Source: Bacteroidales bacterium (lineage in GTDB: Bacteria; Bacteroidota; Bacteroidia; Bacteroidales; F082). Taken from it: 64,000 bases of DNA. The notes beneath the pieces were generated by a model. That model worked only from the letters and a program-made list of their open reading frames with translations. It was not told where the DNA came from and made no database searches. Every line of letters begins with the position of its first letter. The stretch's first letter is position 1. A program made the translations under genes and the position numbers. The stretch covers positions 191 through 64,190 of the forward strand of contig JAFSJF010000142.1 in assembly GCA_017439405.1 (NCBI GenBank). Reading direction: 5' to 3'. Below, piece by piece: positions 20,837 through 30,765 of the stretch.

Positions 20837-23608
20837 ATGGATATTGAAGACAAGACAGAATTGGAGAACAACATATTGGAAGAACAGCCGAAAGAAGAAC
20901 CATTGGACGGAGTTCAAGACGCTCATGCTCAGGATGATGAGTATCATGTGATACCGCTGAAGGGGATGTTCGAGAACTGGTTTCTCGACTACGCCTCTTA
21001 CGTCATTCTGGAACGTGCCGTGCCCGCCATTGAGGATGGCCTGAAGCCCGTGCAACGCCGAATCCTGCACTCGATGGACGAGCTCGACGACGGACGTTTC
21101 AACAAGGTGGCCAACATCGTGGGCAACACGATGAAATACCACCCGCACGGCGATGCCTCCATCGGCGACGCCTTGGTGCAATTGGCTCAGAAAGACCTGC
21201 TTATCGAAACCCAAGGCAACTTCGGCAACATCCTCACGGGCGACGATGCCGCCGCGCCGCGTTACATCGAGGCGCGTCTGTCGAAATTCGCCAAGGAAGT
21301 CGTCTTCAACCATAAGACCACCGACTGGACGCGCTCTTACGACAACCGCAACGCCGAGCCTGTGTCGCTGCCGGTGAAATTCCCGCTGCTGCTCGCGCAA
21401 GGCACCGAAGGCATCGCCGTGGGCTTGGCCTCCAAGTTCCTGCCGCACAACTTCAACGAACTGATTGACGCTTCGATAGCCTATCTGAAGGACGAGCCGT
21501 TTACGCTCTATCCCGACTTCCCGACGGGCGGCCTGATGGACGTGACCAACTACAACGACGGACTGCGCGGCGGCAAAGTGAGGATTCGTGCCCGCATCAG
21601 CCAACAAGACAAGAAAACGCTTGTTATCAGCGAGATACCATACGGAACCACTACGGGCAGCCTCATCGAGAGCATCGTCAAATGCAACGACAAGGGGAAA
21701 ATCAAAATCAAGAAAATCGACGACAACACCGCCGAGAATTGCGAAATCGTGATTTACTTGAACCCTGGTGTTTCACCCGACCAGACCATTGACGCGCTCT
21801 ATGCCTTCACCGATTGCGAGGTCTCGATTTCGCCCAACGCCTGCGTCATCGTCAACCAGCATCCGGCCTTCCTCGGCGTGAGCGAAATCCTCAAACTCAG
21901 CACCGACCGCACGATGGAACTGCTCAGCCTCGAACTGCGCATCCTGATTGACGAGCTCGAGAACAGCTGGCACTGGATCTCGTTGGAGAAGATCTTCTTC
22001 GAGAAAGGGATTTATAAGGAACTCGAAAACCGCGACTATGCCACTTGGGACGACCAACTCACTGGCATTGAACGCCGTTTCGACCCCTATAGGAGTCTAC
22101 TGAAACGCGAAGTGACGCGCGAGGACGTGGAGAAACTCTGCGAGAAACCCGTCCGCAAAATCTCGAAGTTCGACATCAAAAAGGCCGACGAGCAGTTGGC
22201 CGACCTCGAAAAACGGATGGAGGAAGCCCGCTACAACCTCGACCACATCGTCGAATACACCATCGACTATTTCCAACGCATCAAGGAGAAATACGGCGAA
22301 GGGCGCTATCGCAAGACCGAAATCCGCAACTTCGACAATATTTCCGCCGTGGCCGTGGCCGCCAACAACGAGAAGCTGTACGTCAACAGGGAAGAGGGTT
22401 TCGTTTGCACGGGCGAGGGCCTGAAGCGCGAGAAGAACAAGGAAGCCTACGAGTTTGTCTGCGACTGCTCCGACCTCGACGACATCATCGTTTTCCATGA
22501 TGACGGCAAGTATTCCGTAGTCAAATTACAGCCAAAACTCTTTGTGGGCCAAAAAGTTATACACGTTGATGTATTCCACAAGAACGACGACCGCACGACC
22601 TACAACGCCGTGTATCGCGACGGCAAGAACGGCTCTCCGCACTATGTGAAGCGTTTTGCAGTGAAAGGTGTCACCCGCGACAAGGAATACGACCTCACGC
22701 AAGGCAAGCCCAACTCCAAGGTGCGCTATTTCTCGTCGAACCCGAATGGCGAGGCGGAGGTCATCAAGGTGACTCTGGTGCTGTTTAACAAGAAGCAGAA
22801 AACCATCGACTACGACTTTGCCAATCTGACCGTCAAGGGGCGCGACGCACGCGGCAATCTGCTCACGAAATACGAGGTCAAGGAGATCAAGAAGGGTGGC
22901 GAAGGTGTCTCGACGCTTGAGGCACGTGAGATCTGGTATGACGATACGGTACGCCGCCTCAACGCCGACAAGCGTGGACAATGCCTTGGTGCCTTCAAGG
23001 GCGAGGACAAGATTTTGCAGGTTTTCAGCAACGGCGAGTTCAAGATTTCGGGTTTCGACCTCAGTACGCATTTCGACGACGACATGGTGGACATCCGCAA
23101 GTTCGATCCGGACGAAGTCTTCTCCGTCGTCTATGTCGAAGGCGAAACGCAGAAGATGTACCTGAAGCGTTTCTGCATCGAGGCCGAGACCAAGCTGAAC
23201 AGCAGGATTTCCTTCATCGGAGAACATGCTGAGGCAAAATACTTGGGCTTGAATACCGACACCTTGCCGCGCCTGAACTTGAGCTTCAAGGTCAGCGATG
23301 CAGGCAACAGCTTCCCCGATGAAGAGCTAAACGTGGCTGAGTTTATTGGAATAAAGAGCTACAAGGCAAAAGGCAAACGACTGTCAACCAGAGAGATAGA
23401 TAATTTTAGGTTTTTGGAGCCTTTCCAACCAGAACCAAGCGAAGAAGGATTGGAGACGGCTGAAAACGAATGCGAAGAACTGCTCAAGGAAAGCAGCGAA
23501 AAAATGTCCGTCAATCCTGCCGACGTCCCATTGGTAATTGTCGAACCTAAGGGCGACGGAGTCCAGATGGATCTGTTTAATGAGTTAAGTGATGGAGAAA
23601 ATGAATGA
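20837..23608 (+). CDS. parC: DNA topoisomerase IV subunit A (GyrA paralogue)
   Basis: FLDYASYVILERAVPAIEDGLKPVQRRILHSM..MKYHPHGDASIGDALVQLAQ..GNFG..AAPRYIEARL is the type IIA topoisomerase A-subunit core. It is a second paralogue in addition to gyrA at the window start. The parC versus gyrA assignment is by inference. Confidence 0.85.
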   Translation: MDIEDKTELENNILEEQPKEEPLDGVQDAHAQDDEYHVIPLKGMFENWFLDYASYVILERAVPAIEDGLKPVQRRILHSMDELDDGRFNKVANIVGNTMKYHPHGDASIGDALVQLAQKDLLIETQGNFGNILTGDDAAAPRYIEARLSKFAKEVVFNHKTTDWTRSYDNRNAEPVSLPVKFPLLLAQGTEGIAVGLASKFLPHNFNELIDASIAYLKDEPFTLYPDFPTGGLMDVTNYNDGLRGGKVRIRARISQQDKKTLVISEIPYGTTTGSLIESIVKCNDKGKIKIKKIDDNTAENCEIVIYLNPGVSPDQTIDALYAFTDCEVSISPNACVIVNQHPAFLGVSEILKLSTDRTMELLSLELRILIDELENSWHWISLEKIFFEKGIYKELENRDYATWDDQLTGIERRFDPYRSLLKREVTREDVEKLCEKPVRKISKFDIKKADEQLADLEKRMEEARYNLDHIVEYTIDYFQRIKEKYGEGRYRKTEIRNFDNISAVAVAANNEKLYVNREEGFVCTGEGLKREKNKEAYEFVCDCSDLDDIIVFHDDGKYSVVKLQPKLFVGQKVIHVDVFHKNDDRTTYNAVYRDGKNGSPHYVKRFAVKGVTRDKEYDLTQGKPNSKVRYFSSNPNGEAEVIKVTLVLFNKKQKTIDYDFANLTVKGRDARGNLLTKYEVKEIKKGGEGVSTLEAREIWYDDTVRRLNADKRGQCLGAFKGEDKILQVFSNGEFKISGFDLSTHFDDDMVDIRKFDPDEVFSVVYVEGETQKMYLKRFCIEAETKLNSRISFIGEHAEAKYLGLNTDTLPRLNLSFKVSDAGNSFPDEELNVAEFIGIKSYKAKGKRLSTREIDNFRFLEPFQPEPSEEGLETAENECEELLKESSEKMSVNPADVPLVIVEPKGDGVQMDLFNELSDGENE

Positions 23609-23696
23609 TAAGTTGAAGGACGCAAGAGTTCGAGACGCGAGGCGCGAAACGGTGACCCCAAGTCCCTTTTACCGTGTCTCGCAGTTCCGTGTCAAT

Positions 23697-24458
23697 ATGC
23701 TGATTTTGTTTGTTTTGGTGTCTTCCTTGTTCACAAGTTGCCAAACCGAGTTGAAATTGGCCAAGACCTTCATGGCCGAGCAATCCCAAACCCGAGTGGC
23801 GGTGTATTTCCCCGAAAAGGCCGACGTGAGGGTGGAATACAACACCCAGTACGGCAAGCAAACCGATGTGCTTCAAGGATTTAGCTACGACTTGTTCTTG
23901 GATGTGCTGTATGGTGCATATGCGGACGAACTTCGTGCCTACGGACTTGACGTATATGTCCCTGAAGACGCTGACAACGTGCAAGTTGACTCCGTCCATT
24001 GGCTCGTGATGCTCTCGCGCATGGAGATTTCGGGGCGCATCACTGAATATGAGGACTATCTGTTCAGCGACACGGACGAGTTCAGCTACAAGCACCCGCT
24101 GAACACCGTCAACGTGGCTTCGTGGTTCGAGATCAACGATGGCGAGTGGCGACCCGTACAGTTTTGCGAGCACAACCTCATAGACGGCTTCGACTCCAAG
24201 ACGGACTATTCGTTTTGGTCGGGCAACTTGGATTATTCGTATTCCATCGACACACTTGAGCTTAAAGACGTTTACAATTATGCCGTCTATCTCGGAAAGC
24301 TTTACGCTGGCTACACCTATGACTACATGTTGAACGACTATGTGAAAGCCAAACTACAGAAACAGAATGCCATGTATCAGCTTCTGCTGCGCTACGACCC
24401 TTACAAGAAGCAGTTGCGCTATGCCCAAGAAGACGACTGCTTTATCGAAGTGAAATGA
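23697..24458 (+). CDS. Hypothetical lipoprotein
   Basis: MLILFVLVSSLFTSCQ is a lipobox-type leader. The ORF track starts upstream at 23589, overlapping the parC end. No recognisable domain. Confidence 0.55.
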   Translation: MLILFVLVSSLFTSCQTELKLAKTFMAEQSQTRVAVYFPEKADVRVEYNTQYGKQTDVLQGFSYDLFLDVLYGAYADELRAYGLDVYVPEDADNVQVDSVHWLVMLSRMEISGRITEYEDYLFSDTDEFSYKHPLNTVNVASWFEINDGEWRPVQFCEHNLIDGFDSKTDYSFWSGNLDYSYSIDTLELKDVYNYAVYLGKLYAGYTYDYMLNDYVKAKLQKQNAMYQLLLRYDPYKKQLRYAQEDDCFIEVK

Positions 24459-24528
24459 ATCGCTGAACCCATGTGGAAAAGCCATATTCCAAAACGCCTT
24501 TTGCCCGACGATTCCCAATCGCCAAGGA

Positions 24529-26553
24529 TTATTTCCAGAACCGCAGCACTGCCAATTCGGCCAACAATGCCAACAATGCGATGAGTACAAAGAGCTTCCA
24601 TTGCGAAGACTGCCGCGCCATGGCATCAACCCAATCATTGGTGGCGAAGTCGGTGATGTCCAAGACGGCGGCCACGTTGAAGCCGGCTTCCTTCATGGCC
24701 GACTCGATTTCGGCACGATCGATGAAGTCCATGCGCGACTCCACACGACTCTCATTCCAAGCCGTCACTCGATTCAGTGTGTCGTTGACGATCAGGTCGT
24801 AGAAACCAGCCGAAGGCAGGTCGTCATTGAGATAAAGACAGACCTTGTTGTTCCTCACTTCCGTGGCGGGCATCAACTCAAAGCTGCGATCGGCGTTGGC
24901 AAATAGGAACTGACGGTCACCCAAAAGACTGATATCACTTAAAACCAGGACTTTATCAGCTCCTATGGTATAAAAGGCCTTTCCCGTTTGCGCTCCCAAC
25001 AAAGCCGCCTTGACCATCGTTGGGACAAACAAAGCGTTGTCGGCCAAGTTGCTGCATTCGGGGCGCAGCGCCGTGGCGAAAACGAAGACATGTCCCTTCC
25101 CTACTTGCTCCGTAAGCAGCAAGGGGTCGGCATTCTGCAATGTCAGCAAAGGTGTGGCAAGACCGTTTGATTTCAGCCTGATATGACGTTTCACTTTCGG
25201 CAAATCAGGGTGTTGGGGCAGGTCGAGAATCATGTCGCTGAAAAACGCGTGTTGCAAAGCCAAGTCTTCTGCCGCCGTGGCGTTGGTGTCGGTTTCCATC
25301 AACGCAAGTCCCAATCGATCAAAAAGATAACGATTGTTTTCAGGGTCGTCCAAAGAGGCGAACACCACGAGGCTTGCCCCGTCTGAAACGACATCGAGGA
25401 GTGTCTGTTGCAAGGTCTCATTGAGGTTGGCGTTCTCGTTCACGATGAGCAATTGGGCTTGTGAGAGGGTGTTCAAATCGAAGCGAGAAGGTTCCATCAA
25501 GGTGTAGCGGAACTGTTCATCGTCACCGAAAATCAGTGGGCAATATGGGCTATCGCTGCCTAATTCAACAACGGAAAGGCTTGGTTTTATGCTGATTACG
25601 AAAAGGAAGGAATCATCAAAGGTGATTGGGTGATCCATCAAGCCGACGCTACAGCGTTTCTCGTCAGTGCCATCGGCCACAAACTGCATCGCGATTTCGG
25701 CATCGCCATTCTTCTCCAAGTCAACCGTGGTTGAGGCCGCCGTCGAGCCATTCATCGTAAAGCTGACGGGAAGGCCTTTCACTTCCTTGTCGCTTTGGTT
25801 GACGACGTGGACGTTGATTTCGTTAGCCAAACCAGGTTGCACAATCGGCGAGCTGAGCCACACCGTGTCGATATAGACATTGCTTGTAAACTCGGGAATC
25901 ATGGGAACCACCACGACCTGCATGGAAGAGTCGGCCTTGGCCGCCGAAAGGTCAGATGTATTACGCTGAAAGTCAGAATATACAAACAAAGTCGAGGTCT
26001 CAAAACCTTGCTGCTTTGTGAGCATCACGAATCGGTCAATCACCTCGCCCATTGGCACAGGAGGGCCGTCAGGATTCATGCGGTCAAGTTGGTCGAGCAT
26101 CTCTTCCTGATTCATCGGGTATTCGTTCTGCACCTCGAAGTTGTTGGTCATCAACAAGTAACGGTTCGAGGGATTGAGCTTGTGCACCAAGTCTCTTGCC
26201 GACTGCCTTGCGTCCTCCAACAAAGTGGTGCGCTGCGATAGGCTCTTCATGCTCATCGAATTGTCAATGTAGATGCCTACAAGGTTGTCTGCCGTGTTCA
26301 CATTCAGTTGCTTGTCAGGTCGATAGGGGAAAGCGAAGGCAAATACCAAGGCCACGATAAAGAGGCATCGCAACAGCAGCGTCACCAAGTATTTCAGTTT
26401 GCGTGTCTTGGCATTTTCCTGTTGGATGCTGCGCAACACAGCTGTGTTGCTGAAATACACGAGCCTGTGTCGCCTGAAGTTGAACAGGTGGATGGCTATC
26501 GGGATGAGCAGGGCGAACAAGCCCCAAAGCATATTGGGATAGAGGAATCGCAT
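24529..26553 (-). CDS. BatA/aerotolerance-regulator N-terminal domain membrane protein
   Basis: The N-terminus MRFLYPNMLWGLFALLIPIAIHLFNFRRHR is the characteristic BatA_N motif. It is 674 aa with a C-terminal TM segment. Confidence 0.7.
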   Translation of the reverse strand: MRFLYPNMLWGLFALLIPIAIHLFNFRRHRLVYFSNTAVLRSIQQENAKTRKLKYLVTLLLRCLFIVALVFAFAFPYRPDKQLNVNTADNLVGIYIDNSMSMKSLSQRTTLLEDARQSARDLVHKLNPSNRYLLMTNNFEVQNEYPMNQEEMLDQLDRMNPDGPPVPMGEVIDRFVMLTKQQGFETSTLFVYSDFQRNTSDLSAAKADSSMQVVVVPMIPEFTSNVYIDTVWLSSPIVQPGLANEINVHVVNQSDKEVKGLPVSFTMNGSTAASTTVDLEKNGDAEIAMQFVADGTDEKRCSVGLMDHPITFDDSFLFVISIKPSLSVVELGSDSPYCPLIFGDDEQFRYTLMEPSRFDLNTLSQAQLLIVNENANLNETLQQTLLDVVSDGASLVVFASLDDPENNRYLFDRLGLALMETDTNATAAEDLALQHAFFSDMILDLPQHPDLPKVKRHIRLKSNGLATPLLTLQNADPLLLTEQVGKGHVFVFATALRPECSNLADNALFVPTMVKAALLGAQTGKAFYTIGADKVLVLSDISLLGDRQFLFANADRSFELMPATEVRNNKVCLYLNDDLPSAGFYDLIVNDTLNRVTAWNESRVESRMDFIDRAEIESAMKEAGFNVAAVLDITDFATNDWVDAMARQSSQWKLFVLIALLALLAELAVLRFWK

Positions 26554-26589
26554 TTCGGTTTGTTTAGGGCGGCAAATTTACGAAAATCT

Positions 26590-27432
26590 TCAGAAACCGA
26601 ACCAATGTCCTCGGCTTCGGTGTCGGATTCGGTCGCGGGCGAAGGTGGCACAGGCGTCCATGTCGTGCGATTTCAGCGACAGGCCGATGCCCAAAGTCAG
26701 CTCAAGGCCCTGCGGCAGCCTGCTTCCCGTGATTTGGTAGGCATTTACGTTGACTGCGTTTGAGGAGCCTTGTCTCTCCTTGGCGGAATAGGTGTCGGTC
26801 AGGCCCTGATGATAGCTTGCGGAGAGTTTCAACAGCACGTCGCGACCGCCCACTTCCACCTTGCTGCGAAGACCCAGCCCGACAAAGGCCCCAGCATGAA
26901 GCAGGCTCATGTTGGCCTCACCTACGGCGATGGTGGAGTTGAGAGCTATGTCACTATAGGCAGAAGGTGGGGTTCGTAACATGCGAATGGAGTCGCCGAG
27001 GCAAATGCCCCCCTCCAAGCCGACGGCCAAATAGGGTTGAAGCCACGGAGCCACAGGCCAGCGCAATTCCAAAGGAACACGCAAGTCGAGGTGCTTCAGA
27101 CGCATCGTGTAGTCCACATGCACACCCGAATAATGCGAATAACTCATGCCGATGCCATGTTTCACAAACATCACCTCTGGCGCAACGGAAAGCGCCGAAC
27201 CCAACGGAATGTCGGCAAAAACTCCAAATACGGGAGAGAGAACCGTATCCTGAGGCAGTCGGGCCAAGGCTTCATTGTGCCAATATAGCATTTGAGAGAC
27301 AGTTACGCCACCTTTCACGCCCATGCTAATCCATTGGTTCTCAAATTGCTTTCGAGAGTTACGACTGCTCTGTGCCTGTGTCTCCACAGACATTGTCGCC
27401 AACACCAAAAGAAGAATCCAAGTCCTTTTCAT
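26590..27432 (-). CDS. Outer-membrane beta-barrel protein (porin-like)
   Basis: The signal peptide is MKRTWILLLVLATMSVETQAQ. It shows an alternating amphipathic strand pattern and a terminal aromatic (..HWFGF). Confidence 0.6.
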   Translation of the reverse strand: MKRTWILLLVLATMSVETQAQSSRNSRKQFENQWISMGVKGGVTVSQMLYWHNEALARLPQDTVLSPVFGVFADIPLGSALSVAPEVMFVKHGIGMSYSHYSGVHVDYTMRLKHLDLRVPLELRWPVAPWLQPYLAVGLEGGICLGDSIRMLRTPPSAYSDIALNSTIAVGEANMSLLHAGAFVGLGLRSKVEVGGRDVLLKLSASYHQGLTDTYSAKERQGSSNAVNVNAYQITGSRLPQGLELTLGIGLSLKSHDMDACATFARDRIRHRSRGHWFGF

Positions 27433-27436
27433 ACGC

Positions 27437-28072
27437 TCAATTTGTCAAACGTTCCGCCAAGTTGTCACTGTCTTTATATATAAAATATGAGCCGACTTCC
27501 TGAATGGGTGCACCTGTCGGCTGGCTTTCCGCCGCCATGACAATCGTGGCATAGCGGAAGTCGGAAATCCCGGTTGTCGTGACCTTTCCCGACATGACGA
27601 TGCCTCGCCTGCAATCCACATGGTAGCTTATGCCGCCCAAAGTCATGTCGTAGCTCTTGTCCTCGATGCAATAGGCCGTGAAATCTGATCCGCTACCCAT
27701 CACAAAGACTGTATCCGTCACGTTTCCAGAAGTTTCGTTCAAATCCATTACAACAATGCCATTGTGCTGCTTGTTGAAACAAAGATTGACGTTAGGCTCC
27801 ACCAATTCAGCGGGCAATCCTGGCACATTGGTTCCGACGCGCAGCCGTGGGGCAATCAAATACGAGCCTGCAATACTGGGCGGTACAGGGCCTCGATGGA
27901 CGTTCCCGAAACTGGCCCAAAACGCCGAATCGGGCACCACCGCGAGGATGTCTTCGATGTAATACTCCGTCCCGATGGGAATGAGGGTGGTGTCGTCGTT
28001 TTTGGTGCATGAACCTAACGACACTCCTGACAAGAGGAACGCGAGACCCAAAATGACGTTGTTTGCTTTCAT
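27437..28072 (-). CDS. Hypothetical lipoprotein
   Basis: The leader MKANNVILGLAFLLSGVSLGSC has a lipobox Cys. Confidence 0.55.
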   Translation of the reverse strand: MKANNVILGLAFLLSGVSLGSCTKNDDTTLIPIGTEYYIEDILAVVPDSAFWASFGNVHRGPVPPSIAGSYLIAPRLRVGTNVPGLPAELVEPNVNLCFNKQHNGIVVMDLNETSGNVTDTVFVMGSGSDFTAYCIEDKSYDMTLGGISYHVDCRRGIVMSGKVTTTGISDFRYATIVMAAESQPTGAPIQEVGSYFIYKDSDNLAERLTN

Positions 28073-28084
28073 CTCTTCGTGGCT

Positions 28085-30703
28085 TTATCGTTCAACGACT
28101 ATCTTTCTGCCCACCGTCCCCTCCTTGCCTGTCGCGACAAAGAAATAAACGCCCGAAGCATGGCCTTGCAAGTTGTAAGGCAACGTCTGCCCCTCCGGTT
28201 CCTGTAGGGTTTCAAACTGGTCCACCAGATTGCCGGTCATGTCGTAGATTTTGACGCTGGTGTTTCCCGAAAAGCCCTCCAAGCGCAGCTCCATATCGCC
28301 ATTGTTGGGGTTGGGCACGACTGTGAACCTGGGGCTGACGCTTTCCCTCTCCTCCACTTCGAGGAACGACGACTTGAGGTAAAAGGCGTATTCTTCGGCT
28401 CCGCACTCGTTCTTCACCCTGGCCTTCAGCACAACGTAGTCCTCGTCGCGGTCGGCAACAAACACCCTGCAATGGCTTTGGTATTTCCCGTTCACAAGCT
28501 CGGGAACAGGGGTGCTCTCAATGGCCCACGACGGCTTGCTGATGCTCCAAACGCACGTGTCCCATACGCACTCCGAGTGCTTCTCCCTGACCATGAAGTC
28601 GTATTGGAACGAGAAGAACTCCGTGTTGGTGACCACCGCGACGGTGTCGCCCCACACCACTGCGCCCGCGTCGGAGCATCGGATGCCGTCCGACTCCGGA
28701 GTGTACCGCATGTTCTCTATGTAGTAGGTCTGCTCGCGGTAGCATCCGTCCTCCGTATAGCCGGTGAACTGGTGTACCGTATTCTGGTAGAACACCGTGT
28801 CGTGACCGAACCAGTTCACCGAAACGCTGTCGCACCCTCCGTCGCTGATGTGGACGGGGTCGAGGTGCTCCTGCTGGTTGACGGTCAGGTGCAGATGGTA
28901 GGTCCGTTGGCACGGATAGGGCGACATCGATTCGTAATAATAGTCGTCGCACGTCGTCGTGTAGGTCTGCCCGTTGACGGGCCAGGTGTAGCTGTCGCAA
29001 ACGACAGGCTCGTACAGGACCTCTTCGGGAACCTTCATAAAGTTCAAATCGAGGGTGAAGACACCCTCGCAGTTGTCTGTCGGCAGCGTGTCGGTGTAGA
29101 AGCCGCTCTCGGTGAAGGTGAATTGGTAGTCTCCGATGGGGGTCCAGGTGTATGACGGAGTGGTCTCGTAGCAGCTGTAAACCACTTCGGTTGGCGGCAC
29201 GTAGTAGTCGTTCACGGTCAGCACCAGCCGAACCGCGCTGTCGCAGCCATGGATGTCCGTGTCCGTCACCGTCACGTCCGTCGCACCGTAGTATTCCTCG
29301 CCGTAGAAGCTGTAGGGCAGCTGCTCGGGGCAAACCGACACCTCCATGACCGTCACCTCGTGTTCGGGCCAAACGGTCAGATCCAATCGGACAATGCTGT
29401 CGCAACCGTGAATGGTTTGGTCGGTATAGGCCTGCTGGCAGGTCTCGTTGTAGGTGGTGCCATAGAAAGTGTAAGTCTCACCCGGACAGATGGATGCCCT
29501 GATGGTAGTCTCATCGTATGTAGGCCAGTGGTCAAGGTCCAGAAAAATGGCCTTGTCACAGCCGAATTGGGTCAGCTCATGGTGTTCATACAGGCCTGGC
29601 TCGCTCACTGCCGTGCCGTAGAAATCGTAACTGTCGCCTGGGCAAATGGTCTGATGCTCATGCTCTTCCTCGTCAGGATGGACCATGACAGTGACGCTCA
29701 CGTCCTGAGCGTTGCCCCAACTGTTGTCCGTGATGTGGCAAGTATAGGTCGTGGTGCCCACGGGCGGCATGGCTTCGGGATGCTGCGTGTTGGGATTATT
29801 GAGCGAGTTGGCTGGAGTCCAGCTGTAGGAGTAGTTGCCCGAGCCGCCGGTGGGTAGTGCATGAAGCGTGGTCGTTTCGCCTTCGCATAACTCGGCGTCA
29901 TCGGCAGTGGCAGTGGCGGTCATGGCATTCACATATACCGTGCAAGTCGGGTTGCCGACCATCACCAACTCACGGAACGAGATGTCGTCCAAACCGAAGT
30001 CGTTGCCGTCGCCGCCCGTGTTTTGGTTCAGGATGGTGATGGTCGCCGTTGTGGAGTTGCCACTATGCCAAAGCTCATAGAATTGCTCCCAAACCATGGT
30101 CTGCGGAGGTGCCGAGAACACCTCGCCGATTTGATTGCCGTTGATGCTGAACTGGAGCAAAGCCACTTGATTGGCGCTACCGGCCAACGTACAGGCCCAA
30201 GTCGAGAAAGCGTACCATTTGTTGGGCTGGACGTTAATCTGCTGGGTCCAGACGTTGGTGCCTGGATTGGTGGCGCCGTTTACCATCATGAAGTTGCCTG
30301 AACCGCCATGGCCATAGCCGTGGAAATTCTCATGGTGCAGGCTGGCGTCACTGTCGATGTAATAGGTACCCTCAGACCAGAGGTTGCTGTTGTATTGGTA
30401 TGCCGACGTAAAGCCCGTGTTGCCTTGTTCGAAGTCACCGTTGTTGACGCTCTCGGCACCAGGGGCATAACCCTCGCAGGTATAAGTGGTCGTCACCATG
30501 GGCGAAGCCACCGTTACGGGGCCTTCCGTCGTTGACAAGCCCGTTGCGGGCGACCATTGGTAATAGGTGGCCCCTGAGGCCGTTAGCGTCACCGACCCAC
30601 CCGGCTCGATGTTAGCCGAGGGCGGCGTGATGACGACGGGCTGGCCAAAACCCATCAAACCTAACAAAGCGAATACGGCCAATAGGAAAAAATGCTTGCT
30701 CAT
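28085..30703 (-). CDS. T9SS-sorted large surface protein with jelly-roll-like N-domain and Cys-containing repeats
   Basis: The signal peptide is MSKHFFLLAVFALLGLMGFGQ. The N-domain reads NGDFEQGNTGF..GNDFGLDDISF. Repeated ..GCDS.V.L.L.V.. modules follow. The C-terminal Por-secretion tail is VVPNPNNGDMELRL..VKIYDMTGNLV..GVYFFVA. The start at 30703 is preferred over 30775. Confidence 0.8.
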   Translation of the reverse strand: MSKHFFLLAVFALLGLMGFGQPVVITPPSANIEPGGSVTLTASGATYYQWSPATGLSTTEGPVTVASPMVTTTYTCEGYAPGAESVNNGDFEQGNTGFTSAYQYNSNLWSEGTYYIDSDASLHHENFHGYGHGGSGNFMMVNGATNPGTNVWTQQINVQPNKWYAFSTWACTLAGSANQVALLQFSINGNQIGEVFSAPPQTMVWEQFYELWHSGNSTTATITILNQNTGGDGNDFGLDDISFRELVMVGNPTCTVYVNAMTATATADDAELCEGETTTLHALPTGGSGNYSYSWTPANSLNNPNTQHPEAMPPVGTTTYTCHITDNSWGNAQDVSVTVMVHPDEEEHEHQTICPGDSYDFYGTAVSEPGLYEHHELTQFGCDKAIFLDLDHWPTYDETTIRASICPGETYTFYGTTYNETCQQAYTDQTIHGCDSIVRLDLTVWPEHEVTVMEVSVCPEQLPYSFYGEEYYGATDVTVTDTDIHGCDSAVRLVLTVNDYYVPPTEVVYSCYETTPSYTWTPIGDYQFTFTESGFYTDTLPTDNCEGVFTLDLNFMKVPEEVLYEPVVCDSYTWPVNGQTYTTTCDDYYYESMSPYPCQRTYHLHLTVNQQEHLDPVHISDGGCDSVSVNWFGHDTVFYQNTVHQFTGYTEDGCYREQTYYIENMRYTPESDGIRCSDAGAVVWGDTVAVVTNTEFFSFQYDFMVREKHSECVWDTCVWSISKPSWAIESTPVPELVNGKYQSHCRVFVADRDEDYVVLKARVKNECGAEEYAFYLKSSFLEVEERESVSPRFTVVPNPNNGDMELRLEGFSGNTSVKIYDMTGNLVDQFETLQEPEGQTLPYNLQGHASGVYFFVATGKEGTVGRKIVVER

Positions 30704-30765
30704 CAAAAACCATTTTACAATTTCGTGCAAATGTATGAAAAATCTTCCAATGCCACAAAAAGATT

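Noticed and set aside
20786-21607. 273-aa minus ORF
   Set aside because: It is antisense to the parC-like gene.
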